DNA of 64,000 bases from a virus: positions 32,001 to 96,000 of IMG/VR virus record IMGVR_UViG_3300022539_000610. One strand, written 5' to 3'. Both the position numbers and the translations under genes were made by a program. The notes under the pieces are model-generated. The model saw nothing but the letters and a program-made list of their open reading frames with translations, was not told the DNA's origin and made no database searches. Of the stretch, positions 17,264 through 27,926 are shown in pieces; positions within the stretch are counted from its first letter, which is position 1; each line of letters opens with the position of its first letter.

Positions 17264-18300
17264 AACTCCTCTAACACACTATTAGCAACATACTCAACTT
17301 CACTCAATTTCAATGTCGGGTATATCGGAAGTGAAACCACCTCTCTCATAAGAGCTTCAGTTGATGGAAAGTTCCGACTGTTCAAATCTAACAATCTATG
17401 TAGAGGTTGGTAAACACCATTACCACATTCAATTCCTTTCTTTTTCATTCGATCTTTAAATTTATTAATATCTCCTTTTATCCTTATAGCAAACCTATAG
17501 TAAGCAGGTTGTGCCACATCATCATAAACAGGAAGCAATATTCTTGACTCATTTTTCAACAATTCAACATACCTATTAAAACGAATTCTTCTTGCTGCAA
17601 CAAAGTCATCTAATTTCGTAAGCTGGATAATTCCCATAGCTGCTGCCATATCCGTCATTTGATAACTATAATACATCCTGGTAATCAATTGTCTAATTCT
17701 ATGTATGGTTTCTTTGTCATCAGATGACACCATTCCACCCGTACCAGTTGTTAACATTTTAGTGGCATAAAATGAAAAAATAGACACCTTGCCAAAAGAC
17801 CCCAGTTTCAATCCTCTATACCTACCACCAATACTTGCTGCACAATCTTCTATAACAGCAACCCCAAACTCTGAAAACTTGTCTATTTCCAGCACAGGAT
17901 AACCAAACATGTGGGGAACGATAATAGCTTTACTTTTCTTCGTAATAGCATCTTTAAAACATTCTAAAGAGATATTCATAGTAGAATAGTCCACATCAAC
18001 TACCACCGGTCGTGCTCCCACAAGCATAATGGCATGCAACAAAGAAATACATGTATAGCTAGGCACAATCACATCAAATCTCTCATCTACACCGAGTGCA
18101 ATTAATGAAAGATGTAATGCAGACATTCCAGTATTCACAGCAACAGCGTACTTCCGACTAACATAGCTACACATCTCGTATTCAAATTGGCGAACCTTAC
18201 TGCCCCATCCAAGATATTCACTTTGAATAACAGCCTCAACTGATTCCATTTCAGCTTGGGCTAAAGTAGGACGTGAATGGGGTATTATTTTATCACCCAT
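17260..18300 (-). CDS. DegT/DnrJ/EryC1/StrS aminotransferase
   Basis: IEDCAA, SFYATK (PLP lysine), SLPIYP. Confidence 0.92.
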   Translation of the reverse strand: MGDKIIPHSRPTLAQAEMESVEAVIQSEYLGWGSKVRQFEYEMCSYVSRKYAVAVNTGMSALHLSLIALGVDERFDVIVPSYTCISLLHAIMLVGARPVVVDVDYSTMNISLECFKDAITKKSKAIIVPHMFGYPVLEIDKFSEFGVAVIEDCAASIGGRYRGLKLGSFGKVSIFSFYATKMLTTGTGGMVSSDDKETIHRIRQLITRMYYSYQMTDMAAAMGIIQLTKLDDFVAARRIRFNRYVELLKNESRILLPVYDDVAQPAYYRFAIRIKGDINKFKDRMKKKGIECGNGVYQPLHRLLDLNSRNFPSTEALMREVVSLPIYPTLKLSEVEYVANSVLEEL

Positions 18301-18884
18301 CTAACCACCTCGAAAGCTTCGGCATATCTAATTCCAATTTGCATTCCTCTATTAATTGCTAAACTTCTTATACACTCTTCTGATAAATATCGCTTTCCTT
18401 GCTGAGAACTATAACACAATACGGCCTCTACCTTTTTTACAAGATGCCGTTCCTCAATAGGCACAAATGCTCCAGCATTGAATATATAATTATTGTAAGG
18501 AACCTCATATCCTAAAATGCTCGCTTTTTTAAAGGCCCTAAAACCCTCCTGAGAAACTACTTGATGATCTTGATGTGTATCATAAGTAGATGGTAAGAGA
18601 ACTAAATCTGGCTTGATGTCCTCTTCCAACTTAGTCATATTATCCAATATCTTTTGACGATGAATGGGGAAGTTTCTTACTTCGTATGTAAACAAAATCA
18701 AGTCAGCCCCTAAAACTTTCATAGCCTTCTTTACTTCCTCTCTCAAAATATAATGCGGGGAGCCAGCAGGGAATGAAAACCCCACATAGGTAACTTGGTC
18801 ATTTCTTTCCATAAATTTAAAGATTGTCCCTCCACAGCTAATTTCTCCATCATCAGTATGTGGGGCTAAAACAAGTACCTTCAT
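18285..18884 (-). CDS. PIG-L family deacetylase
   Basis: APHTDD, HQDH, AEAF. Confidence 0.9.
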   Translation of the reverse strand: MKVLVLAPHTDDGEISCGGTIFKFMERNDQVTYVGFSFPAGSPHYILREEVKKAMKVLGADLILFTYEVRNFPIHRQKILDNMTKLEEDIKPDLVLLPSTYDTHQDHQVVSQEGFRAFKKASILGYEVPYNNYIFNAGAFVPIEERHLVKKVEAVLCYSSQQGKRYLSEECIRSLAINRGMQIGIRYAEAFEVVRWVIK

Positions 18885-19432
18885 TTTCTCACTCCATATC
18901 CCAGCCAAAAACAAGAAGATTTTTGTCGGGGAATCTTAATAACTTTATCAAAAGCCACTACTGTTCTATAACGTCGAATGACATCCTTAACTGTTTTGAA
19001 CTTCCTAACATGTCCTCTTCCTCCCGCATTGGGTACAGATAATATAACTAATTTCCCTACTGGTATTGCATTAAGTATAGCAATATCCTGTATGAGATGT
19101 TCAAGAACTTCTAAGATAACAAAAGCATCATATTTAATAAATTCCTTTTGTACCCTCTTATCATAAAGACTTCCCACAGTAAATGTAAATTCAGGAACTG
19201 CCTTTTTAGCTATTCCTACAAGAACTCCAGCAAAATCTATTCCCCAGTAGGTCTTATATTTCTTCGCATGTAAAATTCTAGCCATATGTCCAGGGCCACA
19301 ACCTAAGTCTGCTATAGCAGCACTTGATGGAAGAAGACTTGCCACCATATCATACATCTTTCTCCAGTAAGGATTGAGGGTTAAGTCTTTCGGTATATCA
19401 GCATTATAGTATCCTGGTCCTTCTTCTTTCAT
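18881..19432 (-). CDS. class I SAM methyltransferase
   Basis: DLGCGPG, EVLEHL, SVPN. Confidence 0.85.
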   Translation of the reverse strand: MKEEGPGYYNADIPKDLTLNPYWRKMYDMVASLLPSSAAIADLGCGPGHMARILHAKKYKTYWGIDFAGVLVGIAKKAVPEFTFTVGSLYDKRVQKEFIKYDAFVILEVLEHLIQDIAILNAIPVGKLVILSVPNAGGRGHVRKFKTVKDVIRRYRTVVAFDKVIKIPRQKSSCFWLGYGVRK

Positions 19433-19455
19433 TTCTTATTCGCCTTTGTAAACAT

Positions 19456-20076
19456 TTACCATACGTACCCAAACTTTTCAAGTTCTTCACCCATCCACTT
19501 TTTAGCTATATCAACTTGGTTTTCATCCCATTCTGTCCAGTGAGGAAACCAGAGGTTCTTTGTTAGATGATCATGGGGTAAAGTTATTTCGTTGTACTTC
19601 AGTCCCAACTTTTCTACAAACCAACCAATAGGCCCTTTGATCAAATCTTCGAGCCTAACTATCTCAGAAGGGCATTTAGATATCGTTCTTTGCCCCAGTG
19701 CCCATAGCTTACAAATCTCTGAAAACTGATTTTTGTCTTTCTTGAACCATGGTCTTCCCATTCCAGACCTTACATAGTCTCGTCCATCCCTAACAAGATG
19801 CACTATGGTACAATCAGGATAATCCTCAGTCAAATCTTCTAAATGACAACGAGTACAAACAGAGCACTCGACATAGTGATAGCCTGCGTCTAAGGTAGCT
19901 GTTATCAAATTCAAGCGCCTCTTCTTTACTTCTTTTAAACTTTCAAGATACTTTTTACATATATAATTTTCCTCATGCATATCATGGAAGGCTTGCACTT
20001 CAAACACCTCTCCTAAAGCCGTAGCTAATGATTGTGATCCAGACCTTCCTGAAGAAGCAATGAATATAATTTTCAT
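19456..20076 (-). CDS. sulfotransferase-like protein
   Basis: SSGRSGS, HLVRDGRD. Confidence 0.75.
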   Translation of the reverse strand: MKIIFIASSGRSGSQSLATALGEVFEVQAFHDMHEENYICKKYLESLKEVKKRRLNLITATLDAGYHYVECSVCTRCHLEDLTEDYPDCTIVHLVRDGRDYVRSGMGRPWFKKDKNQFSEICKLWALGQRTISKCPSEIVRLEDLIKGPIGWFVEKLGLKYNEITLPHDHLTKNLWFPHWTEWDENQVDIAKKWMGEELEKFGYVW

Positions 20077-20080
20077 ATTT

Positions 20081-21013
20081 CTATTTTCTCCCCCCTTTCT
20101 TCTTTTGTCCTTCTGGCCCTATCTTCTCCATCCTATTCCACTCCACTTGGCCCTCCTCAGAAGCTAAGGCATTTTTGTAATGTTCTTTTATCTCGTAGCC
20201 TGATCCATGGTAGTATTCATCAGGATGTCTAGTATAACCTCCTCGCATTCTCAAACTTTCAAATTTACTTATCTTTGCATACGCACCATCATTCCTTCCT
20301 CGTCTACCTCGACCACTAAGTACCTGCTTGTAGTACTCCTCATATTCGGGATTTGCAAATTCAGCGTCTTGTTCTAAAATACAAGGTTTCCCTAGCTCCA
20401 CATACTTCAAACCTAATTTGCGCAGCCTAATACAGAGGTATGAGTAAATACTTCCTACTTTCTTCCCTGTACCTATACTCCAGGGACTACGATGACCAGT
20501 CAAAAATTGAATATTATACTCATCAACAAGTTCTTTCTTAATAGCTAGGCCCCCACCAAATGGGATGTTCTTTCTCCATTTCTTTTCTACCAGTACACAA
20601 CCACCTCTTTCTGTCTCTAAAGAATTTTCCTTCACAAAGCCCGGCATGCGAAGGACACAAAAAATATAATCAGGACAAACCTCACTACTAACTACGAGCT
20701 TGAAGTTATCGAACCAGCCTTCCATACAGAAATGATCATTACTAAGCACTAACAACCAATTTGCTTTAGGATTCGCCAACTTCCAAGCATCGTTGATAGC
20801 AAGCCCTAAATTATTATAGTGATCTAACACAAGATGATCGACAACATTTGCTGCACGATATTCTTTTAACATTTCGACTGTGCCATCAGTGGAGCCATTA
20901 TCAACCACAATAAACTCATGTTCCCCTCTCGGAGCCCCCTCATGAACAGAGTCAATACAAAATTTAGAAAACTTTTTCCTGTTATAAGTTGTTAAACTTA
21001 TGGATACGAACAT
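20081..21013 (-). CDS. glycosyltransferase family 2
   Basis: TTYNR, VVDNGSTDGT. Confidence 0.85.
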   Translation of the reverse strand: MFVSISLTTYNRKKFSKFCIDSVHEGAPRGEHEFIVVDNGSTDGTVEMLKEYRAANVVDHLVLDHYNNLGLAINDAWKLANPKANWLLVLSNDHFCMEGWFDNFKLVVSSEVCPDYIFCVLRMPGFVKENSLETERGGCVLVEKKWRKNIPFGGGLAIKKELVDEYNIQFLTGHRSPWSIGTGKKVGSIYSYLCIRLRKLGLKYVELGKPCILEQDAEFANPEYEEYYKQVLSGRGRRGRNDGAYAKISKFESLRMRGGYTRHPDEYYHGSGYEIKEHYKNALASEEGQVEWNRMEKIGPEGQKKKGGRK

Positions 21014-21053
21014 AGCAGCCCCTTACCTCCATCATTGCATCTTTAAATCCCAG

Positions 21054-21671
21054 TCATGGCATTTCAGCCCTCTTAAGAATCTTAGGCCACAAATCCCCTG
21101 CTTTGCCGCACCGACTTCCCAACCAAGTCTTTTGACCTTTTGCAGATTGATCAAGGGTACCAAACTTTTCAACTCTCCAATTATCATGACCAGGTTTCTC
21201 TATTTTCCAATCCTTACCATAATGTGTTTCCATATATTCCTCAAGATGGTTGGGCATTGGATACACGCTACCCAGAAACTTCACTAGTTGAGGTTCCTCA
21301 TACCATCTAACCCTCTCTACAAATTTCAGTCCAGGAGTCGAGCGTGGGAAGGATTCATAATACTCACCATTCTTGCGAAAAAACCACATATTAAGTTTAG
21401 AAAGCCTTCTCCCCCATGCAAAATAACTCCCGGGTCTCTTTATTTTAAAACCACATGTTCGTAAGGATTCATAAAGTTGTATCCGTCGTTTAGCAGAAAC
21501 CTCAATGAAAATCCCCATGTCCACATCTGTATCCCACGGCACAATTGCCTTATTTCTAACATAACCTAGTACAATACCATCTATGACCACCCAGGGAATT
21601 CCAACATTATCAAAAGCAGTTTTACAAGCCGCTAAATCTAATGCTATATTTTGAGACCTCGACTTTTTCAC
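21054..21671 (-). CDS. LicD/fukutin-family phosphotransferase
   Basis: GIVLGYVR, PWDTDVD, YGKDW. Confidence 0.85.
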   Translation of the reverse strand: MKKSRSQNIALDLAACKTAFDNVGIPWVVIDGIVLGYVRNKAIVPWDTDVDMGIFIEVSAKRRIQLYESLRTCGFKIKRPGSYFAWGRRLSKLNMWFFRKNGEYYESFPRSTPGLKFVERVRWYEEPQLVKFLGSVYPMPNHLEEYMETHYGKDWKIEKPGHDNWRVEKFGTLDQSAKGQKTWLGSRCGKAGDLWPKILKRAEMP

Positions 21672-22627
21672 AACCCGAACACCTCCTTTAATCGAAGACC
21701 TACAGCCTTTAACCCATGTGTAGTTGCTGCCCAGTCTCTCGTGAGATGTTTTAATTCGATCAAGTTATTCTTAGACATAGATAATAATTTGTCCATAACT
21801 TTAACAAGCTCTTCTTCAGTATTTGCCACTTGTAAGGAGTGACCCCCATATACTTGTTTATATCGTTCCTCACCAAACTTGAAATTGGTTATCACAATAT
21901 CACCTAACGCTGCTGCTTCCAATGCAGCGATACTCCAATCATGCTTATTTACACTGATAGAGGCATTATTTAACGATTCTATGTAAATATCACATTCGTT
22001 CACCCTCTTCAGATTCTCAACCCATCCAACCCCATCTTTAGAAAACCTATATTGCACCTTATTCTTATATCTTTTCATGACCTTGTTTATTATGTATGAA
22101 CCTTTAAGCGTAAGATCTTTCCCACTGCCTCCACTCAAGTCGACCACCTCTTTCCCATGGGCATCTGGAGCACTGGGAAAGTGCCCCACTATCACTTTGC
22201 TGCCCACCGAAAAATCAGGTTCCATATCTCCTATATAAGCAGCCGGAAGCATCCATACCTCATTTCTAGCACCTAATCCAAGCATCTCTGCTGTTTGAAT
22301 AAGAGAAACGCTCATATATCTAAACGCTTTATTTGCCTTTCCAGAGTGCAAACGATACCTAGTTCCCCCATGAAACACCACTCTTTTCTTCCCTGAAAGA
22401 CTAATAGTTAATGGTATTTGCTTTGAATGCATCCACACTATCACATCAGCCCGTTCTACCATTCTCTCAAGTTCTCTACGATTTTTGTATATAATTGCCC
22501 GGCAAGAAGGACTGTACGAGGTAGGCCTTTTAGAAACTGCTTGGGCTTCTACTCCTACTTCATTTAAACACTTAGCAAAGATTGCTCCTACAGCTGCATA
22601 ATCACGAACACTTAAAAATAGCACCAT
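21668..22627 (-). CDS. putative GT-B glycosyltransferase
   Basis: HFPS..KG, ALEAAALG. Confidence 0.65.
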   Translation of the reverse strand: MVLFLSVRDYAAVGAIFAKCLNEVGVEAQAVSKRPTSYSPSCRAIIYKNRRELERMVERADVIVWMHSKQIPLTISLSGKKRVVFHGGTRYRLHSGKANKAFRYMSVSLIQTAEMLGLGARNEVWMLPAAYIGDMEPDFSVGSKVIVGHFPSAPDAHGKEVVDLSGGSGKDLTLKGSYIINKVMKRYKNKVQYRFSKDGVGWVENLKRVNECDIYIESLNNASISVNKHDWSIAALEAAALGDIVITNFKFGEERYKQVYGGHSLQVANTEEELVKVMDKLLSMSKNNLIELKHLTRDWAATTHGLKAVGLRLKEVFGL

Positions 22628-22648
22628 AGTTGATTCCCTTTAGTCTAT

Positions 22649-23806
22649 TCACACGCTTATTTTAACCTCACTTTTAACCAAATGTTCGCAAATGGCCGCT
22701 TTAACATATTCACACATTGAATTACAGCACCCACTAATTATGTAATGCTTTTTTGTAGGGACGGGCATACGTTTAAACGTCTTAGCCCACCATGAAACCT
22801 TAACCTTATGTGTTATATTTTCTGTAACGGCACCACTAACTCTGAAGAACTCCCCTGGCCGACCAGAGTGCCTCCCAAGTTTTAATAGTCCAGGATCTAT
22901 AAGTTCCATTAGTTGTACTTTAAGACGACCTTTCCCTTTTTTACTCATAACAAAATTCATCATTGTATCCATTACATCAAGTGAAGTAAACGGGACGATT
23001 ATTGCCCCAAACTCATTTTTGATGTCTAAAGAACCAGAAAAATAATTACGAAGCAAATTCCCCACACTCCAATTCCTAAGAAAAGTTTCATCAAAGCGAG
23101 TAGCAGTCACAAATTGGATGTCACTAAGTTTCAATCTCAGATTTTTAACTATATTTTCGATTGTTGCATAGATTAACATCTCACTTACAATACATCGACT
23201 CACTTCACTCCAATGTGCTCCTATGTAATCAAAATCTAATACATCAGCAAAATAATCCCTAGGCCTATCTTGCACACTTACTATACTTTTCTTAGACCAA
23301 TCCATGTAATCTGCAATTTTTAAAAACTCATCGACTTCTGGCTCGATACAAATATAGTAAATTTCTCCCTTTAAACCAAGCTTTTTTATAATACCTGAAA
23401 TAACTCTACTATCATATCCAGAACTATGAGGCATCACATGGACTTTAGAATCATCCCAATATTCCACCAAATAATTACAAATATCCTTGTAGACTCGCCC
23501 GGCCAAAGAGCCCCCGGGCTTAGGGCAGGAAGGGGATTCAAGCATAGTATAAAGCCTAGGATGTAGCTCCGGCAGTACAGCACTGATTTCATTAAACATT
23601 GTAGCTTGGGAATAAGTTTCTACAGAATTTTGATCTAAAGAGCCTTCGAGTACATTTCTTTTAGGCCACCCCGTCCAATTTCTCGAAATGTAGGTTTTAT
23701 TAATTGAGACTTCACCTATACTTTTAGCTGCTTCTTGAATCGACTTAAATACTTCCTGCCCAGCCTTGTAGTGAGCCATTGCATATGGTATCTGAGGTAA
23801 TATCAC
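22649..23806 (-). CDS. asparagine-synthase-like ATP pyrophosphatase domain protein
   Basis: HSSGYDSR. Confidence 0.55.
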   Translation of the reverse strand: MILPQIPYAMAHYKAGQEVFKSIQEAAKSIGEVSINKTYISRNWTGWPKRNVLEGSLDQNSVETYSQATMFNEISAVLPELHPRLYTMLESPSCPKPGGSLAGRVYKDICNYLVEYWDDSKVHVMPHSSGYDSRVISGIIKKLGLKGEIYYICIEPEVDEFLKIADYMDWSKKSIVSVQDRPRDYFADVLDFDYIGAHWSEVSRCIVSEMLIYATIENIVKNLRLKLSDIQFVTATRFDETFLRNWSVGNLLRNYFSGSLDIKNEFGAIIVPFTSLDVMDTMMNFVMSKKGKGRLKVQLMELIDPGLLKLGRHSGRPGEFFRVSGAVTENITHKVKVSWWAKTFKRMPVPTKKHYIISGCCNSMCEYVKAAICEHLVKSEVKISV

Positions 23807-24342
23807 TTCAACTCCTTTACAACGAGTTCTCCTGCTCCCCCACTATCGTAGATATCATAGTTTAATTTTGCCTGCTGAAAAACCTCATTTGGAGAATTTC
23901 CAGTAACGTTACATCTTTTTTCTAATTGAGACTTGATTTCATCTGCATCAAGTCTCAAACCAATATCTTTAGCTGGGTTCCCTACGACAACATGAAACGG
24001 TTCTACATTCTTAACAACAACTGCTCCCATACCCACTATAGCAAAGTCCCCTATAGTCACTCCACCCTTAATCAAAGCCCACCAACCAATCCAAACATTG
24101 TCACAAATAACAATGGGCTTTGTTCTTTCATCACAAGCACTACCTATAAGTTTGCTACCATATTTAGTTTGAAGACAAACTCTATAGCTGATCCGACAAT
24201 GTTTACCAATTGTGATGTTCGCTCCAACTGCTCGAAGCCATGAATCAGGGTTTATATAAGTACCAGTTCCAACTCTCACTTTACCACCGTGACGCTCGAA
24301 AATGTACGCTTCAATTGATTTCGGGAATCTACTTTTTCCCAT
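23803..24342 (-). CDS. hexapeptide-repeat acyltransferase
   Basis: ICDNVWIG..GVTIG..VVVGNPA. Confidence 0.9.
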   Translation of the reverse strand: MGKSRFPKSIEAYIFERHGGKVRVGTGTYINPDSWLRAVGANITIGKHCRISYRVCLQTKYGSKLIGSACDERTKPIVICDNVWIGWWALIKGGVTIGDFAIVGMGAVVVKNVEPFHVVVGNPAKDIGLRLDADEIKSQLEKRCNVTGNSPNEVFQQAKLNYDIYDSGGAGELVVKELK

Positions 24343-24343
24343 A

Positions 24344-25561
24344 TCAAAACCTTGCTAAATAATCGTTAGGGTTATCAGACTTTTTGCTATGCATCTTAAG
24401 TATTGATCCCCTATGATATGACTTGATACCTTTTGATCCAATCAAATCATTCTTAACACAATAATCATACATACCCGTCCCAGGGAATGGATAAAACCAT
24501 GTCACTTGCCGAATCCCTGGGGATATTATCCGATTTATCTCCACTGTAGATTTGCAAAGCTCATCGTCATTAACAAAAGGCCACCCTATCACGTTGAATG
24601 AAGTAGTTGAAATCCCCGCAGCCCTCAACAACTTGAATGCATTTATAATCTGCTCATTCGTCATACTTCGCCTAAGATGTTTCTTTCTAAAGTTTTCATC
24701 CCCACATTCTATCCCCAGCGCTACGTATCTACAATCAGTGCTCTTCATAAAGTTCACAAGATCAGCATTAATATATTCAACTCGTCCCATACAACCATAA
24801 GGCCTGCCTACTTCTTCCTTTATAGCAGAAAATAACCTTTTCACATAATCCAAATCCGTAAACATCATATCATCGCCAAAATAAAACAATTTGAATTCAA
24901 ACTTGGTTTTCAAATATTTAAGTTCTTCGATAACCTGATTGACCGGCCTACTTCTAACATAGCCACTCTTATATAGCTTCAAATACACTCCATTGCAGCA
25001 ATATGGACAGTTAAATGGACAGCCTCGGGTAGCATTTACATAGATGTACTTTCCGGCAACCTTGTAAGGAAAAATACCCCATGGAAATCTAGGAAGTGTA
25101 GATAAATCCTCTGGAGGTCTGATCGGATTTGTATACACCTTTCCATCACTACGATAAATTAAGTTAGGTACTTCAAACAAAGAATCTTTTCCATAACTTA
25201 CCAAAAACTCCTTGACGAACGATTCACCTTCTCCCACACAAACATAATCAATATATGGAAACTGCTCTAAAATTTGCAACTTCATTATTGTAGGATGAAC
25301 TCCCCCAACCAAAACAGGAATATCACAACTAGCTTTAACTCCCTTAATAATACTAATCGCCTGAGACCAAAGAGTAGTCATACTTGATACCATTAAGATG
25401 TCAAAACTCCCCCCAACAATTTTTCTGATCACCGCAGCTGGTTTAATACCTCTAGTATCGTAAAACTTTACTCTATGCTCTTTAGGGATCGAAGACACAA
25501 TATAACCCGCCCCTCTACCAATATTCTTAGCTGTACTTGTATGCACAAAAGCTATATTCAT
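24344..25561 (-). CDS. B12-binding radical SAM protein
   Basis: GGVHPT, GEGE, TRGCPFNCPYC, GIECG. Confidence 0.9.
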   Translation of the reverse strand: MNIAFVHTSTAKNIGRGAGYIVSSIPKEHRVKFYDTRGIKPAAVIRKIVGGSFDILMVSSMTTLWSQAISIIKGVKASCDIPVLVGGVHPTIMKLQILEQFPYIDYVCVGEGESFVKEFLVSYGKDSLFEVPNLIYRSDGKVYTNPIRPPEDLSTLPRFPWGIFPYKVAGKYIYVNATRGCPFNCPYCCNGVYLKLYKSGYVRSRPVNQVIEELKYLKTKFEFKLFYFGDDMMFTDLDYVKRLFSAIKEEVGRPYGCMGRVEYINADLVNFMKSTDCRYVALGIECGDENFRKKHLRRSMTNEQIINAFKLLRAAGISTTSFNVIGWPFVNDDELCKSTVEINRIISPGIRQVTWFYPFPGTGMYDYCVKNDLIGSKGIKSYHRGSILKMHSKKSDNPNDYLARF

Positions 25562-25562
25562 C

Positions 25563-26702
25563 TTATTCCCCTTGTTGTATCCGTAAAGTATACATTAATA
25601 AAACTATCATTAGAGAACAACCTGCCCATGCTCCGAATACTACTCCCCAACTGATGTCAATAAGTGTTGGCATGATTACCCCAGTCAACATAGCACCGAT
25701 ATACCCTACTCCATCTATAAACCCTGTTGCTGATGCTACTGTCTGTTTCTCTATATTTCTACCTGGGACTGTGGTTACTAAAAATACATGTGGCCCATAC
25801 AAAAAGAATCCACTCATTACAAGCAATGCGGTTAAAGTAATCCCTTTCGAAACCGAACATAACAGAATAATAATCGCAAGAATCACCATATAGATAGAAG
25901 TCAAAGTCTCACGGGCAAAACGATCTGAGAGCCAATTATAGACTAAAGTTCCTAAACAACCTGCTATAGGGATTAGAAAGATCTTCAACCCAACTTTATC
26001 AATCGACTGACTATGAATTTGGTATAGATATACTGGAATCCATACTATTACGCCATAACGTACAAAATTAAGGATTCCTAAAGCTACTCCTGACACAATA
26101 GTATTCCTAGTTAATGTCCCCTTTATTTGTCCTAAAGGACTACGCGATGATACGCTTATATAAGGTCTACTAATTATTAAAGTAATACCTCTTACTGCCA
26201 TTATAATAGCAGCACCCCAAAAACCCCACTCCCAACCAAAATTGTGAATTACAAAACCAGTCACAAGCCAAGCTACTGAATTGCCAACCTGGTATGATGT
26301 GCCCAAAATACAAGTGGCATTATCTGATTTATGCAGAGCAGCAGTAGCCCGTACACAAGAGGACCATCCCATTGATTGGAAAAAACCATCAAATACCTCT
26401 CCAAGAAATAGTAAAAAGAAGAACCCTCCAGCAAAACCAAGAAAAGTATTCATAACTGCTGAGAGAATTAAACCCACACCTATGTAGGTAAAAGGGTTAA
26501 ATCTTTCAGAATAATGGCCGTGAATAAATTGCCCTGCTGCGTATGCTAATAGGAATCCACTTACTACACCTCCAAGTTGTCCTTTTGTCATACCCATTGT
26601 TGCTATAAGAATTGGTATGATTAAAGATAAATTCACTTTTCCAAAATAAGACAGTGCATAAGATGTCCATAAATTTATGAACTGCTTGTTAAAAATTTTC
26701 AT
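25563..26702 (-). CDS. MFS transporter, GlpT/OPA-like
   Basis: many hydrophobic helices; GFFQSMGW, ATGFIDGVGYIG. Confidence 0.85.
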   Translation of the reverse strand: MKIFNKQFINLWTSYALSYFGKVNLSLIIPILIATMGMTKGQLGGVVSGFLLAYAAGQFIHGHYSERFNPFTYIGVGLILSAVMNTFLGFAGGFFFLLFLGEVFDGFFQSMGWSSCVRATAALHKSDNATCILGTSYQVGNSVAWLVTGFVIHNFGWEWGFWGAAIIMAVRGITLIISRPYISVSSRSPLGQIKGTLTRNTIVSGVALGILNFVRYGVIVWIPVYLYQIHSQSIDKVGLKIFLIPIAGCLGTLVYNWLSDRFARETLTSIYMVILAIIILLCSVSKGITLTALLVMSGFFLYGPHVFLVTTVPGRNIEKQTVASATGFIDGVGYIGAMLTGVIMPTLIDISWGVVFGAWAGCSLMIVLLMYTLRIQQGE

Positions 26703-27126
26703 GTTTAATCTCCTCTTTAATTTTGGTTGAAGATTGTCCCTGGTAGTATGGCATTACTACCATCCGTCCACCTAGGGCTTTCATTAACGATTTACCATGA
26801 GCACGAAGTTTTTCGCTGTGGCTCGTACTCTCCATTAAAATATCTGCACCTACCATCTTAATATTATCATGTGGTGCATACTTCTCCTGTGGGATAGCCA
26901 AATCAACGCACTCTAACGCACTAATCAATGCTAATCGTTCCGTAAAGGGAATAACAGGACGGGGTTTCTTTTCCATCACTGCCTCGTCCGTGAGAACCCC
27001 AACAATTAACTTATCGCCTAATGCTTTAGCATTAAGCAGATGCCTTAAATGTCCGTAGTGCAGAATATCCCCAACTATATAAGCGTAGACAATAATCATA
27101 TCAATATGCCTCCTCTCTCTTGCCAT
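26689..27126 (-). CDS. cytidylyltransferase (TagD-like)
   Basis: DILHYGH, SSTKIK. Confidence 0.85.
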   Translation of the reverse strand: MARERRHIDMIIVYAYIVGDILHYGHLRHLLNAKALGDKLIVGVLTDEAVMEKKPRPVIPFTERLALISALECVDLAIPQEKYAPHDNIKMVGADILMESTSHSEKLRAHGKSLMKALGGRMVVMPYYQGQSSTKIKEEIKHENF

Positions 27127-27136
27127 TCCTTAATCT

Positions 27137-27925
27137 TCACTTTTTCCCTATTCCTCGTTTATGTTCTGGAAGATATTTCTTCAATGCAGCTACTCGGTCC
27201 AAAATCTCCGATGGTATATTGGCTTTCCAATCAAATGGGACATCTCTCCATTTATTGTGGCCATCTCGTATCCATCCCGTCCTTGCTAAGGTGCAGTTGT
27301 TGAAACCATCAGTATTAAATGCATGCTTCCAATTCTCATGATCAACATGCTCAACAAGCGGATGTCCTAGTACCCGAACATATGATTTTAAAAACCATTG
27401 ATCACAAACTCGTCTTCGCCCTCCACCATCTTGAACCTGCCGAGCAACACTTAATTTAACACCTCGACCAGAGCCCTTCGTCCCATTAAGAGCCATCTTT
27501 GCAATCCCGGAACCAATCTCATAAAATATAGTACGAGGCCTACATGTAAACCAATCAATCTTAGGATCTTGAAAAGCTTTGTGTTGATCCCTTAGTATAA
27601 ATGGAGATGAGTAATAATCCGCCGATTGAAACATAACTACCTTAGATTCCTCACTACAATTGTTAATCAATAAAACCATCTTGTCTGCAAGAGGAATCCA
27701 ATTCTCAACAGGTACATAGGTGATTTTAACGCAGCCCACTTGCTTTAATCGATCAGCATAATGCATAGCGGCATCTTGACCAAACATCTCAGGGTCATCC
27801 TGCTCTTCAGCACATACCAACTCCCATTCAAAATCAATCCCTTGCTGTCTACAAAGAGATTCAAGGGCTAACCAAGCAATATACTTTGCCCGAAATAATG
27901 GCATTCGAACGCTATGTTCAATCAT
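27137..27925 (-). CDS. putative GT-A fold protein
   Basis: SADYYS DxD-like motif, cluster context. Confidence 0.45.
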   Translation of the reverse strand: MIEHSVRMPLFRAKYIAWLALESLCRQQGIDFEWELVCAEEQDDPEMFGQDAAMHYADRLKQVGCVKITYVPVENWIPLADKMVLLINNCSEESKVVMFQSADYYSSPFILRDQHKAFQDPKIDWFTCRPRTIFYEIGSGIAKMALNGTKGSGRGVKLSVARQVQDGGGRRRVCDQWFLKSYVRVLGHPLVEHVDHENWKHAFNTDGFNNCTLARTGWIRDGHNKWRDVPFDWKANIPSEILDRVAALKKYLPEHKRGIGKK

Positions 27926-27926
27926 C

